From assembly GCA_002633005.1 (NCBI GenBank), contig NMRA01000025.1, positions 1,506,548-1,570,547 on the forward strand: a DNA stretch of 64,000 nucleotides. The letters are read 5' to 3'. The notes under the pieces were generated by a model. That model saw only the letters and a list, made by a program, of their open reading frames with translations, ran no database searches and was not told the DNA's origin. Within the stretch, counting starts at the first letter, position 1, and every line of letters begins with the position of its first letter. This DNA is from Phoronis australis (Eukaryota; Animalia; Phoronida). Position numbers and translations under genes: made by a program. Below are positions 25,101-40,100 of this stretch, in pieces.

Positions 25101-28100
25101 CTGTTCAAAGTTACGGACACAGAATAATATCACTGACATGTAACGCCTTATGTAAAATGGCACTGGAGTGTGTCATACCAAATCACAGGAGCAAATTCAA
25201 TAGTTATGACATCTACTATACACAATTGCTTCTTACCATCAGTGCAAATTTTCAAGCCAAGCTTTAGTAAAGGAGATTTTATGAAGAAGTGCATCTAGTA
25301 AATATTGAATAATACTTCAACTTAACGTGGTCATAAGATTTGTCTTATGTCGTGCCAGTTAAAAATGGTCGCCTGTTTTGGGGCCAACACTTGGCAAATC
25401 AAGACAATCGGGGTTCAGGTTCAGACTCAAAATCCAGCCAATCACTAAAGTTTACTTGAAACGTGACATTTTCTAGTCAATTTCTGACAGCAGAAATTGG
25501 ACCCTGCGACCAGTACAAGAGTGCATTCTATATAAATAAACATTGTGAGAGTTCCCACTAGTCTTTGTCAATGTAAGCATATAGATTTCACTAGCCTACA
25601 ACAGGACAGCACAGCAATTCCTGGCAACTAGAATCTTACACTGATTAACAAATCCAATTGAAGCTTTGGAGACCGTCGCATAACACGATGATCTAAGGCG
25701 GGGTACCAAGACCCCCAACACAAGACTGTAAGCGGCTTCATACTACACTCATAACACTGAGAAAATGCAAGAAATATACCTCAACAATTCGAAAAATAAT
25801 TGCGAAAACACAGAAATGTGTAGTTTTGCTTTATTATCTCGAAAGCATCTCCAGACAATCAGAGGAAATGATGGTTTAAAGTAAATTAATTGAAAAAACA
25901 TGTCCTACCATGCATTTCCGTTACTGCGGTTATTTTTAAATCCTTGACATAACTCTGGCCAAACACTAACGCCGTTAATGAAATATGCCTCATTGATAAA
26001 GCACATCGAAACTAAGGATTTTCTAAAATTTTGGGCACATGCTAAGCGGAAGTGAAAAATGTCAGTAAAAGGCAAAACCAGGAAGGATTTCTCACGGAAT
26101 GCGCCATCTGTCCTTAAGTCAGCATCCAAAACGTGTATTTACAGACTTCTTACATACATTTAATATACAACAAGCTTTTGTTTAGTCAGGTCAATTTCTT
26201 CATCACTTATCGGAGGCCATTTTTTCAAAATGACGCCCGTGATCAGATTGTACTAACCGTGAACAGAATGGCCGGCGAGGGTGTGTGATGCTGTCGGTGA
26301 ATGAAAGACATGAAGACTGGCAGATGACCCTCCTGGGCACCAATATAGAACAACCTGCAGATGAACAGAGGAAATAACTACCATAAAATCGTATCACACC
26401 TAGTCAACACTCCAGGTCCATGAGTTGATAGTAAGCGGTGAGATCTCTGAAACCTAGAGTATACTAGAGCAAGCGTGGGAATGACATGCGTTGCAACAAA
26501 ATAGATGGCGTTGTTAAACACAATCCTGCAAGACATCATCTAACTCCTATCTAACGGGTCAACGTGAACATAAACAACCCTCTTCTAGTGATAAGTATAG
26601 ATTGTTTAAAATCTATAATTATTGTGTAGCACAACATCCTGGACCAGTTAGAGGCGTAAACACAACTAAAACATTTGTATTTTGTGCAAACTGTGACATT
26701 AAATGAAGTAATGCATCTAGGCCATAATTTATGACTAAAACTGATGTGAACTTGAAAATACTCAGTTACTCTAAACCTGTAACGCTTTAAAACCTCCAGA
26801 AATAGAGCAAAAAACAGTCATGTGATACACAACATTCATCGCATACACAACTACTGCTCAAGTACCATTTTAATTTCACACTTTTGTTTTAACAAGAGGA
26901 GAAAGAGGCCATGACTTCAGAACGGTCCACTTTTCCACAAGACCAGGAACATATTCACTTAAAAAAAATGAACCGTTTACTGATTTCTGCTCTAACACAG
27001 TTTCCTACCTCCCAGAAGTGAAGAGCAGCCCGTTGACCCCACCGAAGCACGACAGGGCTACAAAGACAGGCATCATCCATGCCATGACTCCATAAACACG
27101 ATCACCGAAAGTCTGAAAGTACACATTCTAACTGAAACACAAGAGACAGGAAAACAACCCCAAGAATAGTTTCAAATCCTCCACTGCCAAAAAACAGTGA
27201 GCATTAAATACTCTTCAGTAAAAACTAGACCATAAATTACTTAGATGCAGAGCCCCCAAGCAACCAAAGTCAAAGTGAAATGAAAACTGACAGCCTATTA
27301 TTTAAATCGAGGGTAGCATTCGGGTCGCTTTTTTTGAAAACACCAACCTACTAGTGACATTTAGGTAGCCAAACTTAATTAAAAAACATTGAATTTCCAC
27401 GAGTGTGTGTATGTAAGCGTATGAGTGGGCGTATGGGCTGAGAAAACACTCACCACGGCGACTGCTGGCGACGCTATCAGATCTTGTGGTGACAACAGGA
27501 CTAGATAGGCCACATTCGACAGAACGTAAACGAACGTTACAATGGGGATGGAGATGTAGATTGCGCGCGGCAGATTCCTGGAACACATCAGGCAAGTGTT
27601 ATTTAACAGTACATTAAAAACCCAAAAGAGCGAAAACAATAACTACATTGGAAACGATAATGCTGACAGAAAAGACAGCATAATTCTTTTTACTTGTATC
27701 TTTTCTTTTTCTCAAGAACCATATTTACCTTTTTTTACAAATGACACTCTTTTCTCACAGGCAGCTATTTGTGAGAAAGGAACACTGATTGTTGGAAAAT
27801 GACTGCAGTTTGTGAGAAAAGAGGGGAGTACATAAGAATTTGTTCCTAACCAGCTACTTCAGAAGGTTGTTGTGTCCTTTAATTTTAAACTTTGATTTTT
27901 GCCCTGTCTAATTTCTAGTACCCTTTCAAAACCAGCTTACATTAGATAGCCTATCACCGCAATGATAGTACGGTACACGCAGGCGACCTCACAATCATTA
28001 AAGTATTCTATTTAACTCGCATACTAACAATTTAAAGTATTCAATAACTCTTAAGAACGGACAATTTATTAGTGCTGAAGTATATGAAACAGTAAGATAT

Positions 28101-31100
28101 GATCTGCTGTTCATTGGATTCCGATTTCAAGGGGATCGGAAGGGCAGTTCCAGATTATTCGGGGTCAAAGGCATCTCCGGATGATATCTAAGGAATGTCT
28201 TGTACGATTTTTCTCATACTTTTCTCCATGTAAAACCTGGGAAGGAAGGATTGGTCGAATGTCCTGTCTAGGCTAAGTCTAAAACACAAAGTAACAGCAT
28301 CCAAAGAACAAAAAACAGAAAATAAGGGGGGTGAAATTTTCATTTGTTTAACAATCAGAATGAATGTGTGTGTGTATGTATGTATGTACGTACGTATATA
28401 CATCTCAGCACTCTCATAATTTAACAAAACGCATCTACCAGAATGCAGAAAATAATCTACAATTGGGGAGGCCCTTTGCACGCATGCCCTGGGGGAGTTC
28501 CAATACCGTCCCTCTCTCCTTTGATTTTGACAAACCCTTCGTTTGGCAAACACACTACTTACACGAAAGGGTTCTGCAGTTCTTCTGTGACAAAGTTGAG
28601 GAAATTCCATCCAGCGTAGGCAAACAGACCCGAGTAGAAAGCCAAGGAGACCCTGGTGGGATCGACGTCATCGCCAAATGGCTCAAAGGCATCCTCAAAG
28701 CTTGACACTTTCCCTAGAGGATATTAAACCAAGCTTTGCATCAACTCCTTGTGCAAATTCTCACCAAAAATACTAACAAAAAACAGCAATCGACAAATAT
28801 TCACAAACAGCACAAGACAAAAGTAATCAATAGGCCAAGTACAGCACAAGACAAGAGCAATCAGACAAAATATTTTTTCCCGTCATGACAGCCAATTCTT
28901 TTTGCAGCAACAAGGATTGGTAATAACTATTACCGTGTCAAAATTCTACTTACAGAATGGCTTAGTCACCTTACTATCTGTTCAGTTAATTCCTCTTAAT
29001 TTTCATTCGTTAGGGGAGACGACTCTCAGGATGAATTCGGCTTCCGCCCAGACGTTATGTCAGGGACTGTAGGGTCATTTTGTCTATACACTTATAGCAT
29101 GTACTTTAGCTTTTACTATACTACCCTGTGCCTAAGTTATACACATAAGTTTATGTTTTAGGACCAGCAGTTGCATTTAAGCAATATTGCCAGCAAGCAC
29201 ACTTTTTCTTCCTTTTTAAAACCACTACAAATGGCAATAAGGAAGGGGCGTGTTCACGAACATTTGAGAAATAGGTCCAACAAGAATCTTGAGGAAAACA
29301 GCCCATCAAGAAGGTGAAATGCTCTCTTGACCTCGCAGCTGCACACCTCATACTTTACCACTAGACTGTTTTACACATAACCAACACCCCTTTGGGAATA
29401 AGAAACAAGGGCACTCTTTAGGAAATTTGATCTTTTTCTGGCAAAAAACCGACCCAAAATGACAATTTGACACAAAAGCTTACTCGTAATCATAGCATCC
29501 GTTTCAATGCCGAGTTGGAACTGAGAGTTATCCTGTGGTTAAACAGAAGTGGTCAAATTTTGAATGTGAGAATTTCGAGACAGATTTTGCAAAAGCAAGT
29601 GACCTAGTTTTGATTTTGGTCCGTAGAACAATGAAAAGGGATAAAATGAAGCTTAACTGGCAAGGGTGCCATGCATACTTCTGAGAGCAGTCAATACCTT
29701 TGCTGGTCGCCCAGTCTCATAACTATCTCCGTGTACTTGTGCTTAAGGGTACAAGAATGACAAAAGAGCCACGCCACTGACGATAATAGCCAGAGCCGTA
29801 ATGGGCTGTGTAGACATTAAACTCAGTTCACATCGATCAGAGCGCCATCAATTGGTGAATCACTGAACTATTTAATGTCACTAAATCATTGACAGAGTGC
29901 CGTTGGCTCTTTAACCCACAAAGACTACTCCAACAATTTAAGTCGTAATAAATCAAGACGTTTTTCAAAAATATAAGAAGCTGAACACTGAATGATGCCC
30001 ACTCAAAGACAAGTTTTTGACATTTTTGCTGATATGAAAAAAGACACATGCTTTCTCAATGAACCGGCGAGACTTACAAGTTTACTGAAATCCGGCAGGT
30101 TGAAACCTTAACTAGGATTACAAATCAGAGAAATTACAACATGTTTTAAGCGTTTCTGAAAACTGACTTAAGAATGAAATTGGTTTTACACTCACACATC
30201 CAAGTCAGTGAATAAAGGTTTAGTTAAGTAAATATGAGTGCATCACCGCCTAGAAAAAATGTATAGAAATTATCTCAGTAACTAGCACTTATGGATATAT
30301 TCTCAGACACATAGTACTTAAGTTAGAGTGAGAATTAATTTTTTTTCATGAATAGTTGTGTGGCACATAAGACCAAATTTCTAACTTAAGTCATTTTTCA
30401 TGAAACAGGCTCTAGACTTTCTTCAGTATATACACACATACATATATTGATACACAGGCACACAGAAACACACACTGGCAGAGACACACAGACAGACACA
30501 CAGACAGACAGACACGCATACATAGACGGACAGACAGACACGTGCATACACACAAACGCATACTACTAGGTGAGTCTGCTTTGGTTAAGCTGGCAACATC
30601 AGGCCACCTAGGTAAGTCTCGAGTAACGTAATATAAATCGAACTTCAATCTAGGTGTACTGAATAATGCTGCAGTTATACATCGATCCGACTTGAACCTA
30701 ATCAAAAATAGTTGACAGATTTTGGACTCCCAGCCCCAATCCGAATGATGGAATGTTACGACACCATAATTTGTTCCATTTACCGATGCGAAGCCACGGG
30801 CCACCATCATTTGACAGCAACTCCGAGAGTGAAGCCACGATATCTTTACCAAATCGTCAAACAACTGACTAGCCTTACAGAAGGCATTGTAGGTGAACGC
30901 AGGCACAGGTACTTACCCATGCACATGAAGACCACGCCTGTGATTATGATGAGCAGTAGAGCCAGTAACTTGGCCACGGTGAACACGTCCTGCACCCTGG
31001 TGGCCCAGCGAACACTCAGAATGTTGATACAGGTGAGGATGCCTGCATATAATGAACATTGCAAGTTACAACAAAACACTAGACATTACCTGAATTGTCA

Positions 31101-34100
31101 GTTTTCCTATCATAATTATTCTTATGAAATAGTAAAACTAGTATAAATAAACGAAGATTGTCGGTACTAAAATATATCAAAATATTTCCCACAATCATAC
31201 CAATGACAAAGAGCACATCGCTCAAAATATATATTTTAGAACCGATGCTCGTCATTTTATTTTTACTAGTTGTACTACTTTATATTTTTATCTGTCGGTA
31301 CGGTAACTGAGCGGCATTCCAGCATCTATTTAATTTATTTATAAATATTCCTACAACTCCAGCTACTTAGTAGCACNGAATAAAAACAAATACACTTTAA
31401 TATTGATTAAAATACACATTTTCATTCTCATTCGATTATAAGTGGATGTTAGTTTACGTATTCTAACCATTTTCAATCACACAGTAATTTTATTGCACGT
31501 TGAACGTCATTAAAGTATGAATTCATCAGTGTTTACATTGTTCGGACTGCGCTCCTAAGTAAGTATTGATTATTCACCGCTTGGAGCGCTAGTGTTTCGA
31601 CCGGTAACCATTGCGGCGAATGGTAAAATGGCGGAGTGAACTCTCCTATACTCGTACACTCCTTGCTCTAGGCTTTCTTCAGTATATACGCACATACATA
31701 TATTGATACACAGGGACACACAGACAGACAGACAGACACGCATACATAGACGGACAGACAGACACATGCATACACACAAACGCATACTACTAGGTGAGTC
31801 TGCTTTGGTTAAGGTGGCAACGTCAGGCCACCTAGGTAAGTCTCGAGTAACGTAATATAAATCGAACTTCAATCTAGGTGTACTGAATAGTGCTGCAGTT
31901 ATGCATCGATCCGACTTGAACCTAATCAAAAATAGTTGCCAGAAATTTCTGGACTCCCAGCCCCAATCCCAATGTTACGACACCATAAATTGTTCCATTT
32001 ACCGATGCGAAGCCATGGGCCACCATCATTAGACAGCAACTCCGAGAGTGAAGCCACAATTTCTTGACCAAATCGTCAAACAACTGACTAGCCTTACAGA
32101 AGGCATTGTAGGTGAACGCAGGCACAGGTACTTACCCATGCACATGAAGACCACGCCTGTGATTATGATGAGCATTAGAGCCAGTAACTTGGCCACGGTG
32201 AACACGTCCTGCACCCTGGTGGCCCAGCGAACACTCAGAATGTTGATACAGGTGAGGATGCCTGCATATAATGAACATTGCAAGTTACAACAAAACACTA
32301 GACATTACCTGAATTGTCAGTTTTCCTATCATAATTATTCTTATGAAATAGTAAAACTAGTATAAATAAACGAAGATCGTCGGTACTAAAATACATCAAA
32401 ATATTTCCCACATCATACCATTGACAAAGAGCACATCGCTCAAAATATATATTTTAGAACCGATGCTCATCATTTTATTTTTACTAGTTGTACTACTTTA
32501 TACTTTTATCCGTCGGTACGGTAACTGAGCGGCATTCCAGCATCTATTTAATTTATTTATAAATATTCCTACAACTCCAGCTACTTAGTAGCACTAGAAG
32601 GGACAACAATATGGCTATATTCACCAGTATCGGCAAGACTATTATTATCCCCATCATTTCAAGAATAAAACTACATATTCTCAATATTTAAGAATATCTA
32701 TAGACAGTGTCATTCGAGAAAACAATCGAGGAGACTTAATCAAAAAAAACAGAGGAGGCAGTGTGGCTTAGTGTGACAGGTGAACGCTTTCTTTACTCGA
32801 GGTCGTGGGTTTGAGTCCCACCAGGTCACACTGCTAAACCCTTGAGTCAGGTTTCTAGCTCCTCAGCTCAGTTTTAACTACATAGTAATAAAACATGAAT
32901 GTCGTTCCAGATGATCAATGCAATGAGCCCACATGCGCTGCCTACGTGTACCAGATCGCTTGCAATTATTTTTATTCAACTACATCCACACAAACCAATT
33001 AAATACTTGCTTCACTATCAACCTGTCAATCAATCTGTGTGACGCTCACTGTTTAATGATGACACACTGATCAATAGAAATTATAGCCATGAAAATTCAT
33101 TGACGAAACATCGACAGATCAATGATGCGACTCACATTAATCTTTATCCAATGACGTTAGTCTCTAATGCGCGCAGAGGTGTTAATTTCAGTCAGCAAAC
33201 ACAAACAGCTAAACGTTGTTTTTCTAATGGGAGACTACAGTCAAAATGTCAAGTTTCAAAATAACTTCACGCAAATAGGAAGCAGAAATGAGTTCTCCGA
33301 GCAAATACGATACGATAATGTGTTATTACTTCAAGTACTATCCTGGTGTACAATGTTTGCTTCGGAAGCCTTACAAAACACTTCAAACAAAATTATAGTC
33401 AGCTTCAATTTAGTGCACAACATGAGCACACAACAAGAATTTGATTTTGTTAAATTTCTCAAAAAGATATTTGTCAAAATTTATTACATTCTATTTACAT
33501 GTATAGTGAAGTGGTTGTCAAGTAATGGAAGGTAAAACTTTGAGCATTTGCATAAGTTGGCAACATTCCAAAATGAAAGGCAGGACAACTGGATCTAAGA
33601 AGCCAAAACCTAAGTATTAATCCTTTTTAGTAGTGAACAGGAGATAGGGGTATTAACATCGAAAAGACCAAAAACGTTTGTGCAAGGCGTGAGTACTCAT
33701 TGTCACAAAACGTCAAAAAGCGGGACATTCTGATGATGTTACGGAACGAAGCTTCAAAAAGCAGAATGGTTCCGCTAAAAAACGGAACACTTACCAAATA
33801 TGCATTTTTGCAATATAGCAAGCTTTTGAAAATAGAAAAATGTGGCAAAATTCAGCAAATTATTTTGTACAAAAAGTTATTCCTTAAGACAAGGACTTGG
33901 GACAGTAAATAAGAGGTATAAACATTGAGCCATCTTCGTACCATATTAACAAACATCAAAAATCAGTCAGTTTAAGTCTGACCAGTAGTATCTAAACATT
34001 GAAGATGAAATCAATTATTCCCTCAGCATGTAGCTATGTCAACATAGACTAGCCCTAGCCAATTTCCTTTACTAAATGCAATGTCTTATCAGGTATAACA

Positions 34101-37100
34101 TTTACTGAATGGGCAACATCAGAAGTGAGCACAAGAGAGGCGTTGAACAGGGAAAAACATTATTAAATCTTGTGTAGAATATGCGTGGTTTAAGCTAATC
34201 ACTTAAAAATCGTGCTACCTAGAAATTGGCAATAATACTGTAAAATGTGTTGTCTTTGAGAGCATGTCATTTGAGTGAAAAATAAAAAATATGTACAAGT
34301 CTCAGTTCAATGCAGTCACAGCGCGTAAGTTACCCACGCTATCGCCAATAAAAATAATAACAAAAATCCTAATCGCAGATGTTTTTAAATATGGTTTCCC
34401 TAAGATAATATAACATTTTTGTCAAAGTCAAAAACTGAGTGTCTGAATTAAAGTATGTTGACCAGATTCCTGTATCGGCGAGTCTTATCGTCGAAAAATG
34501 ATAGCATTTCAGCAGAATTTTGGAAAGTTTGTTGTTGAGTGGAGCCTTTTCACAAGTTTGTCTGCACTAAAACTTTCACACAGTTGTTCTAAGGATCAAA
34601 TGGTACCAAACGATTGCTTCAGCAATCAGATGCTCCAACGCAAAGTCATTCAATTTCAGTTTGAGTATGACCCCTAAGTGATAAGTCATAGGACTTTAAA
34701 ACGTCTGAAGTTGCTCTAAGATGCCCAGATGGACTGCCCAGACACTCTCTAGTCGGCATCTGCCACCGCGCAATAATTAGACAAAGCGAACCCAGAAACA
34801 CATACTTATACATCCAGCCGCCAACAGCCTCACAGCTGCATCAGGGGGTTCGCACGTTGAGAAAAACGGTTGCAGTATATAGTTAGAGAAGGTGAGTGCA
34901 ACGATAGCCTGCGCCGTTGGTCGGATGATGATCAGATTTACCTGCAAAATATGCAAGTCATAGAGCTGATGTTTCAGAAACCTAATTAAATGAAGCGTGT
35001 TTAAGACATTTTGCCTAGATGTGTTTTTCAAACAGAACAAAGATGCCAGACAGAACACCTTTCAGATTTCTTCGCACGAGCATTCAAACAAACATGTGAG
35101 CCATGGGCTTGTTCCCAGAAACTAACTTAAGTTCATTTTTGATTTAAGTCTAAGATTTGTCTCAAATTCCAAATTTGTAAACATCCACATCTGGAAAGTT
35201 AGGCAAAATTAAGACAAAACTTAAGATCTCTTTATTGAAACATTCTTGAGACAATTTTAAGTTTTATCATCAAATAGTATGAAATTTAAGATTTGCCTTA
35301 GCTAAATCTTTTTTCTTGGAACAAGCCCAATATTTGAAAAGCCACGAGCAATTTTTAACAGGATCAGCTTTTACAAACCATATTTATAGAGAGCAAATGA
35401 TTTAAACAATATCACATAATCGTTATTTAATCTTTGTCAGAGAAAATGACAGTTACATGCTGTTTCAGATAACATGTGTGACCATGGTTGCATGGTTGTT
35501 TCATTGATTCAGCACGTCAGGAAACAATAACACAACAGGACACACAGTTTGTGCCACATTCGTATTTCAGCCCACATAGAACCATGTCTTCTAGTAGAAA
35601 ATTATTCAATACATGACGATGATGGTAGACTACCATGTGCCACCATAACACAAATAATACAGGTGCTACATTTCAATGGCAATGATACGAACACTATGAA
35701 AAGGGAGCAAATGAGATGAAGACAGCAGGATGTACGCCTACAGCCCACATCACAAAAAGGTTGAGCTAATCTTTGGAACGAAACTCAAACACACATCTTT
35801 AGAAATGGAAAGTTGTGAAATAACCAGTGCTCCAGCAAAAAGATTATATTTTTAGAAACAAAAATGTTGAAATACCTTTACTTTCAAGGATATTTAACAA
35901 AACAAAATTTCAATTGCAGGCCATTATGTGAGCTAAATGAGTGAAATTATCATTCTTATGACAGTCATTACAGATCCCAGACATTTTCACCTGTGCCAAG
36001 TGAAATTTGAGCTGGCATCTGGAGGCAAACCCTTACACTTTCAAGTGTGACCGACAATGAGTTCATGTAGTGAAAATTATATTATGGACCACGTCCCAAT
36101 TATTTAGTAACAGCTGCAGTCACTGACAATTTCAAAATAGCGACACAGCTGGTTAACTATAGAACAGTTCAAATGTGAAATAATTCGAATATTTTTCAGG
36201 CGAGTTTTTACTTGGGAATATTTTTTGTATTAGGACACAAATTTGCCGGGATTCTGAGTTCCACCAAGTTTTGCGGGATAAATCCTGGGGAAAATTTATT
36301 TACGAGTTGACCTTCAGGGATATTCTTGGACCACGCCTTTGCGTCATTAGCCCAACCAAAAATAAAAATAAAAAGACAAGTACATTGCAGCAGTGCGCCC
36401 CCCAGGTGCATCTTTTAAAACGCATCGCAATTCCATCATTAAATCCTACTGTTTTGAGAGGAATTGTGACCACAGTCGGGATTTTAGGTTTCCCACTGAT
36501 CGCAATCATCCAAAACAGGGCAGTCACGACATAAGTGGGAAATTGATCTTTAGATAATGCATAAATGAACGTTGAGCCCCTTAGGTACACGACTTTTCAT
36601 TTCCAGAAAATTGTCAAAAGACAGGGGTTTGTTTCTGGGTTTATGAACACTACAGAACAGGAATCCTCACCCAGAGTTGCAGGAAAGCCGGTAGACCGCC
36701 GAATGCCTCCAGGATGTAGGCATAGTCTCCACCAGAGCGCGTGATTGTCGTACCTAGCTCGGCATAGCACAGGGCACCAATGAGTGAGATCAAACCACAC
36801 ACGCTCCATACTGTGATGGCCAGCCCAACCTGGAGAGACAACAAAGATAATTCAGTTTAAAATGTTCAAAACATCAAAACGACTCATAGTCACCTCTTAT
36901 TACTAAGATAAATCTGCAACATGATTTGAAATCACTTTTGAAGGTTAATTTGCTAAACATGAAAACAATAAAAAGCACTTTAGCCAACAACACCATTCAC
37001 AACACTCTAAACTTTACTCAAGGCCCAGACATTACATTACTTTGCTCAGTGAAAGAAGAAAACACTGCAGAACAATCACACACTAGACTGACAATCCCCT

Positions 37101-40100
37101 TTCATTTTGTGACCGTTTTTGTTTTTCTAGGGTTTGATCACTCAACAGTACTTGCCTTCCAGGTTTGTGGTTTCCTACTGATGTTTTAAGCAAAGTAACA
37201 AAACGCCTGGACCTTGTACATAATTTATACTATTGTAAATGCGATATGGTTGGCTAAAGCGCTTACTACTTGTTTTCGTGTATTAAACCACCAACAAAAG
37301 GAGTAAGTTATCTAGATGGATGAACAGCAAAAACTGCAATGTATTCACTACTTGCACGAATTCGACATTATACTTAATAACGATGTTGTGTCCAAACTAC
37401 AATGGTTCTGCATGTTTGGAACACGCAACACTTTCACATTTGCATTGTGAAAATTGATGCTAAAACCAGGAATTTTGCCCTAAACAACAATGTACAACAA
37501 TTGTTTTGGCAGTGCAATTAGTTAATACAGAAACAACCACACTAAGAAAAAAGTGCAAAACTGACACAAAGACGGAAAACCACGCACTGAGGCGAGACCT
37601 CACTACGTCCTCTCATAGGATCTTGGAGTACTATTTAGCCAACCGTGAAGAGAAATTGTGAGCTTTTGCTTTTTTAAGTCCACACTTAAAGTTGTTGCTA
37701 TGACAACAAAGCACCAAAGCACAAAAAGGAACGTATTATAAAAAGCAATAAAACCGAATGATATGTTTTCAAACACATGCCTCCTTGACGTTTTGAAGAT
37801 CCTACAATAACGATGAGGTTCGCTAAAATTCTCTTTGTGAGATCTTCTTGAAGTTTTGACCTTTCATTTATGATGCCGGAAGAATCCTTATCAGAACAAA
37901 AGGTCTCTTTGAATTCTAACCTTGCCAATTTGAATAATTGAAAAACATCAAAATTTGGTTGAGAAAGTATTGCATCAAGGCATTCATCCTGAAGGGTGGA
38001 AAATGTGCGACTTTCAAGTCAACTGTGAGGACTTTATAATCCTAGCAGAGAATAGAAACATTGATGTATTTTGCAGTGGTTGAAATTTTTGAAATGCCTA
38101 TCCATTTAAATTGGTCTCAGATAGCCATAATGGTAGTGGAAGCTTGAAACGCATCCATCACTACAATGCTAAGCACTTATTAATGTTGTGTAATATAATT
38201 AGATTAATTTAACCACTATGATATCAAAGGTCAAAATCTAATGGTGCTGGTACATCCCAGCTATGCATCTGTCTGTCAAGGTCAATGAGGGCAACCCAAA
38301 GGTTTAAAATGTGCCTACATTGGGACGGCTGTCAGCTCGTATGCATCCGGTGACATCATTGAAAACCTTGTCCTGTTCACACACAGCCTACCTTAGAACA
38401 ACTTGCACTAGTGCAACTTAACTTACTTCAAGTGAAGCGTCCACACACACATATCCAGATAACTAGGGTAATGCAGAAGTTGTCACTGTGTGGGTGACAA
38501 TGAACATCTGATGCAAACACTGCACTGAATACAGCACCAAAAGAAAACCTGTCTGCAACCATAGCTGATAATTACTTCGGCCTTGCCCCAGGTTTGCAGC
38601 CACACAGGGATTAGAAGTGGCTCAAATTACCCTAGAACAATTTACCCTGTCTCCATAAGGTGGAGTAAGTTGTCACAAGCGGGGTAAGTTGTCCCAAGTG
38701 GGACAAGTTCCACTAGTTTAAATAGCATCTACACGGCCCCAAAACCCAGCGACAACTGGTTCTAGGAGTGACTTGTTCTGGGATAAGTCGGCGTGTGGAA
38801 GGCACTTTAGACATTTACTGAATTTATCATTTGCATTTCAGGTGGTGAGATGTCATTTCTGCGATTTAAGATGGTGTGTACCATGAGAATCCTTCACGCA
38901 AGTCCGTTTTTATTTAATACATTCTGAGGTTCACTTTCAATATATTTTTGTATAATGGTTGTTCAGTAACAATCGCACCAAAAAGCACAATGGAGTGGGT
39001 CCATGCTTTTAATTTTGGTGAAATAAAGTGACAAGTGTTGTATACTGTCATATTGTTAACACGATACCAAGTTTCCTGTGATGTCCCCAAATGCTTACAA
39101 GCCAACAACCACCTCACAAGGCGTTCGAAAAAAGACAACAGCTCTATAGAAGAAATCTCCCAAATTGAGATTTTTCCGATTTAAAGTTGGAGTTTGATGT
39201 ACCTGTAACCTCTCTCTCATTTATGTTAGACACTAAACCATAAATAAAAAATGGACATTTTATAAATCAAGCTTTGGATTGAAGAAAACTTTTAGTACAT
39301 AATTAGTATTCTATTGAAATTTGTTGCTCTTACATTCTTTTTCGAGGTGTTTTGTTACCTCATATCTGTGATTGTTGGTACCAGTTTTCACTACCTACGC
39401 GTGCGCGCGTCTATTCAATGTTTCCTGTGGGTATACATCTATTTTACTATGAAATAACAACTACAGTAGTATGTAAATACATTCCCAACACACCTTTATT
39501 TGACATTTTTTCACTATATATTGTACCACTCAGGACCTGAACTTTGAACAAACACCAGCTAAGATTTATGAAAATAGAAATGCTAACGTCATTGACTTCA
39601 ATGTCTATTGTGACTTGTTTAGAAAAGCAGCAATAACACCAGAGTTCGACCTCATTTTTAATTCAAGTGTGCTCAAAATGGGCCTGAGGTAAATCATCAT
39701 CTGACCTTCCTCAAAGTACAACCACGTTTCATTTTTACTGGCCAATGGTGATAAAAACAATGACACCACAAACTGACCTCTATTGCCATAGCTCAGTAGA
39801 ATGCTAGAAAGTATTTTCTTGTAAATTAACTAAGTTGAACAGAAAAGAGCAAACTGGAGAAGCAAATTGCAGAGAAGCAAATTATTTACGAGATTTTATG
39901 ATGCAATCCACTTCTTTCTTCCTAGCCTCTGAGGTCGGTTCTTTGTGACAATTTTGAGCGCATCCAAACGCTACCTTGTTTAATTAATGGTATTAACAAT
40001 AGATCACATTTGGTGTCTAATCACACATTGACGGCACTTAATCATAAGTCATGCGTATTGCATCAGCATAATCGATAAAAGAACGACTTGACACTTGACT

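Noticed and set aside
32757-32835. tRNA gene
   Set aside because: A/B boxes are degenerate and there is no convincing D or anticodon arm; SINE-like instead.
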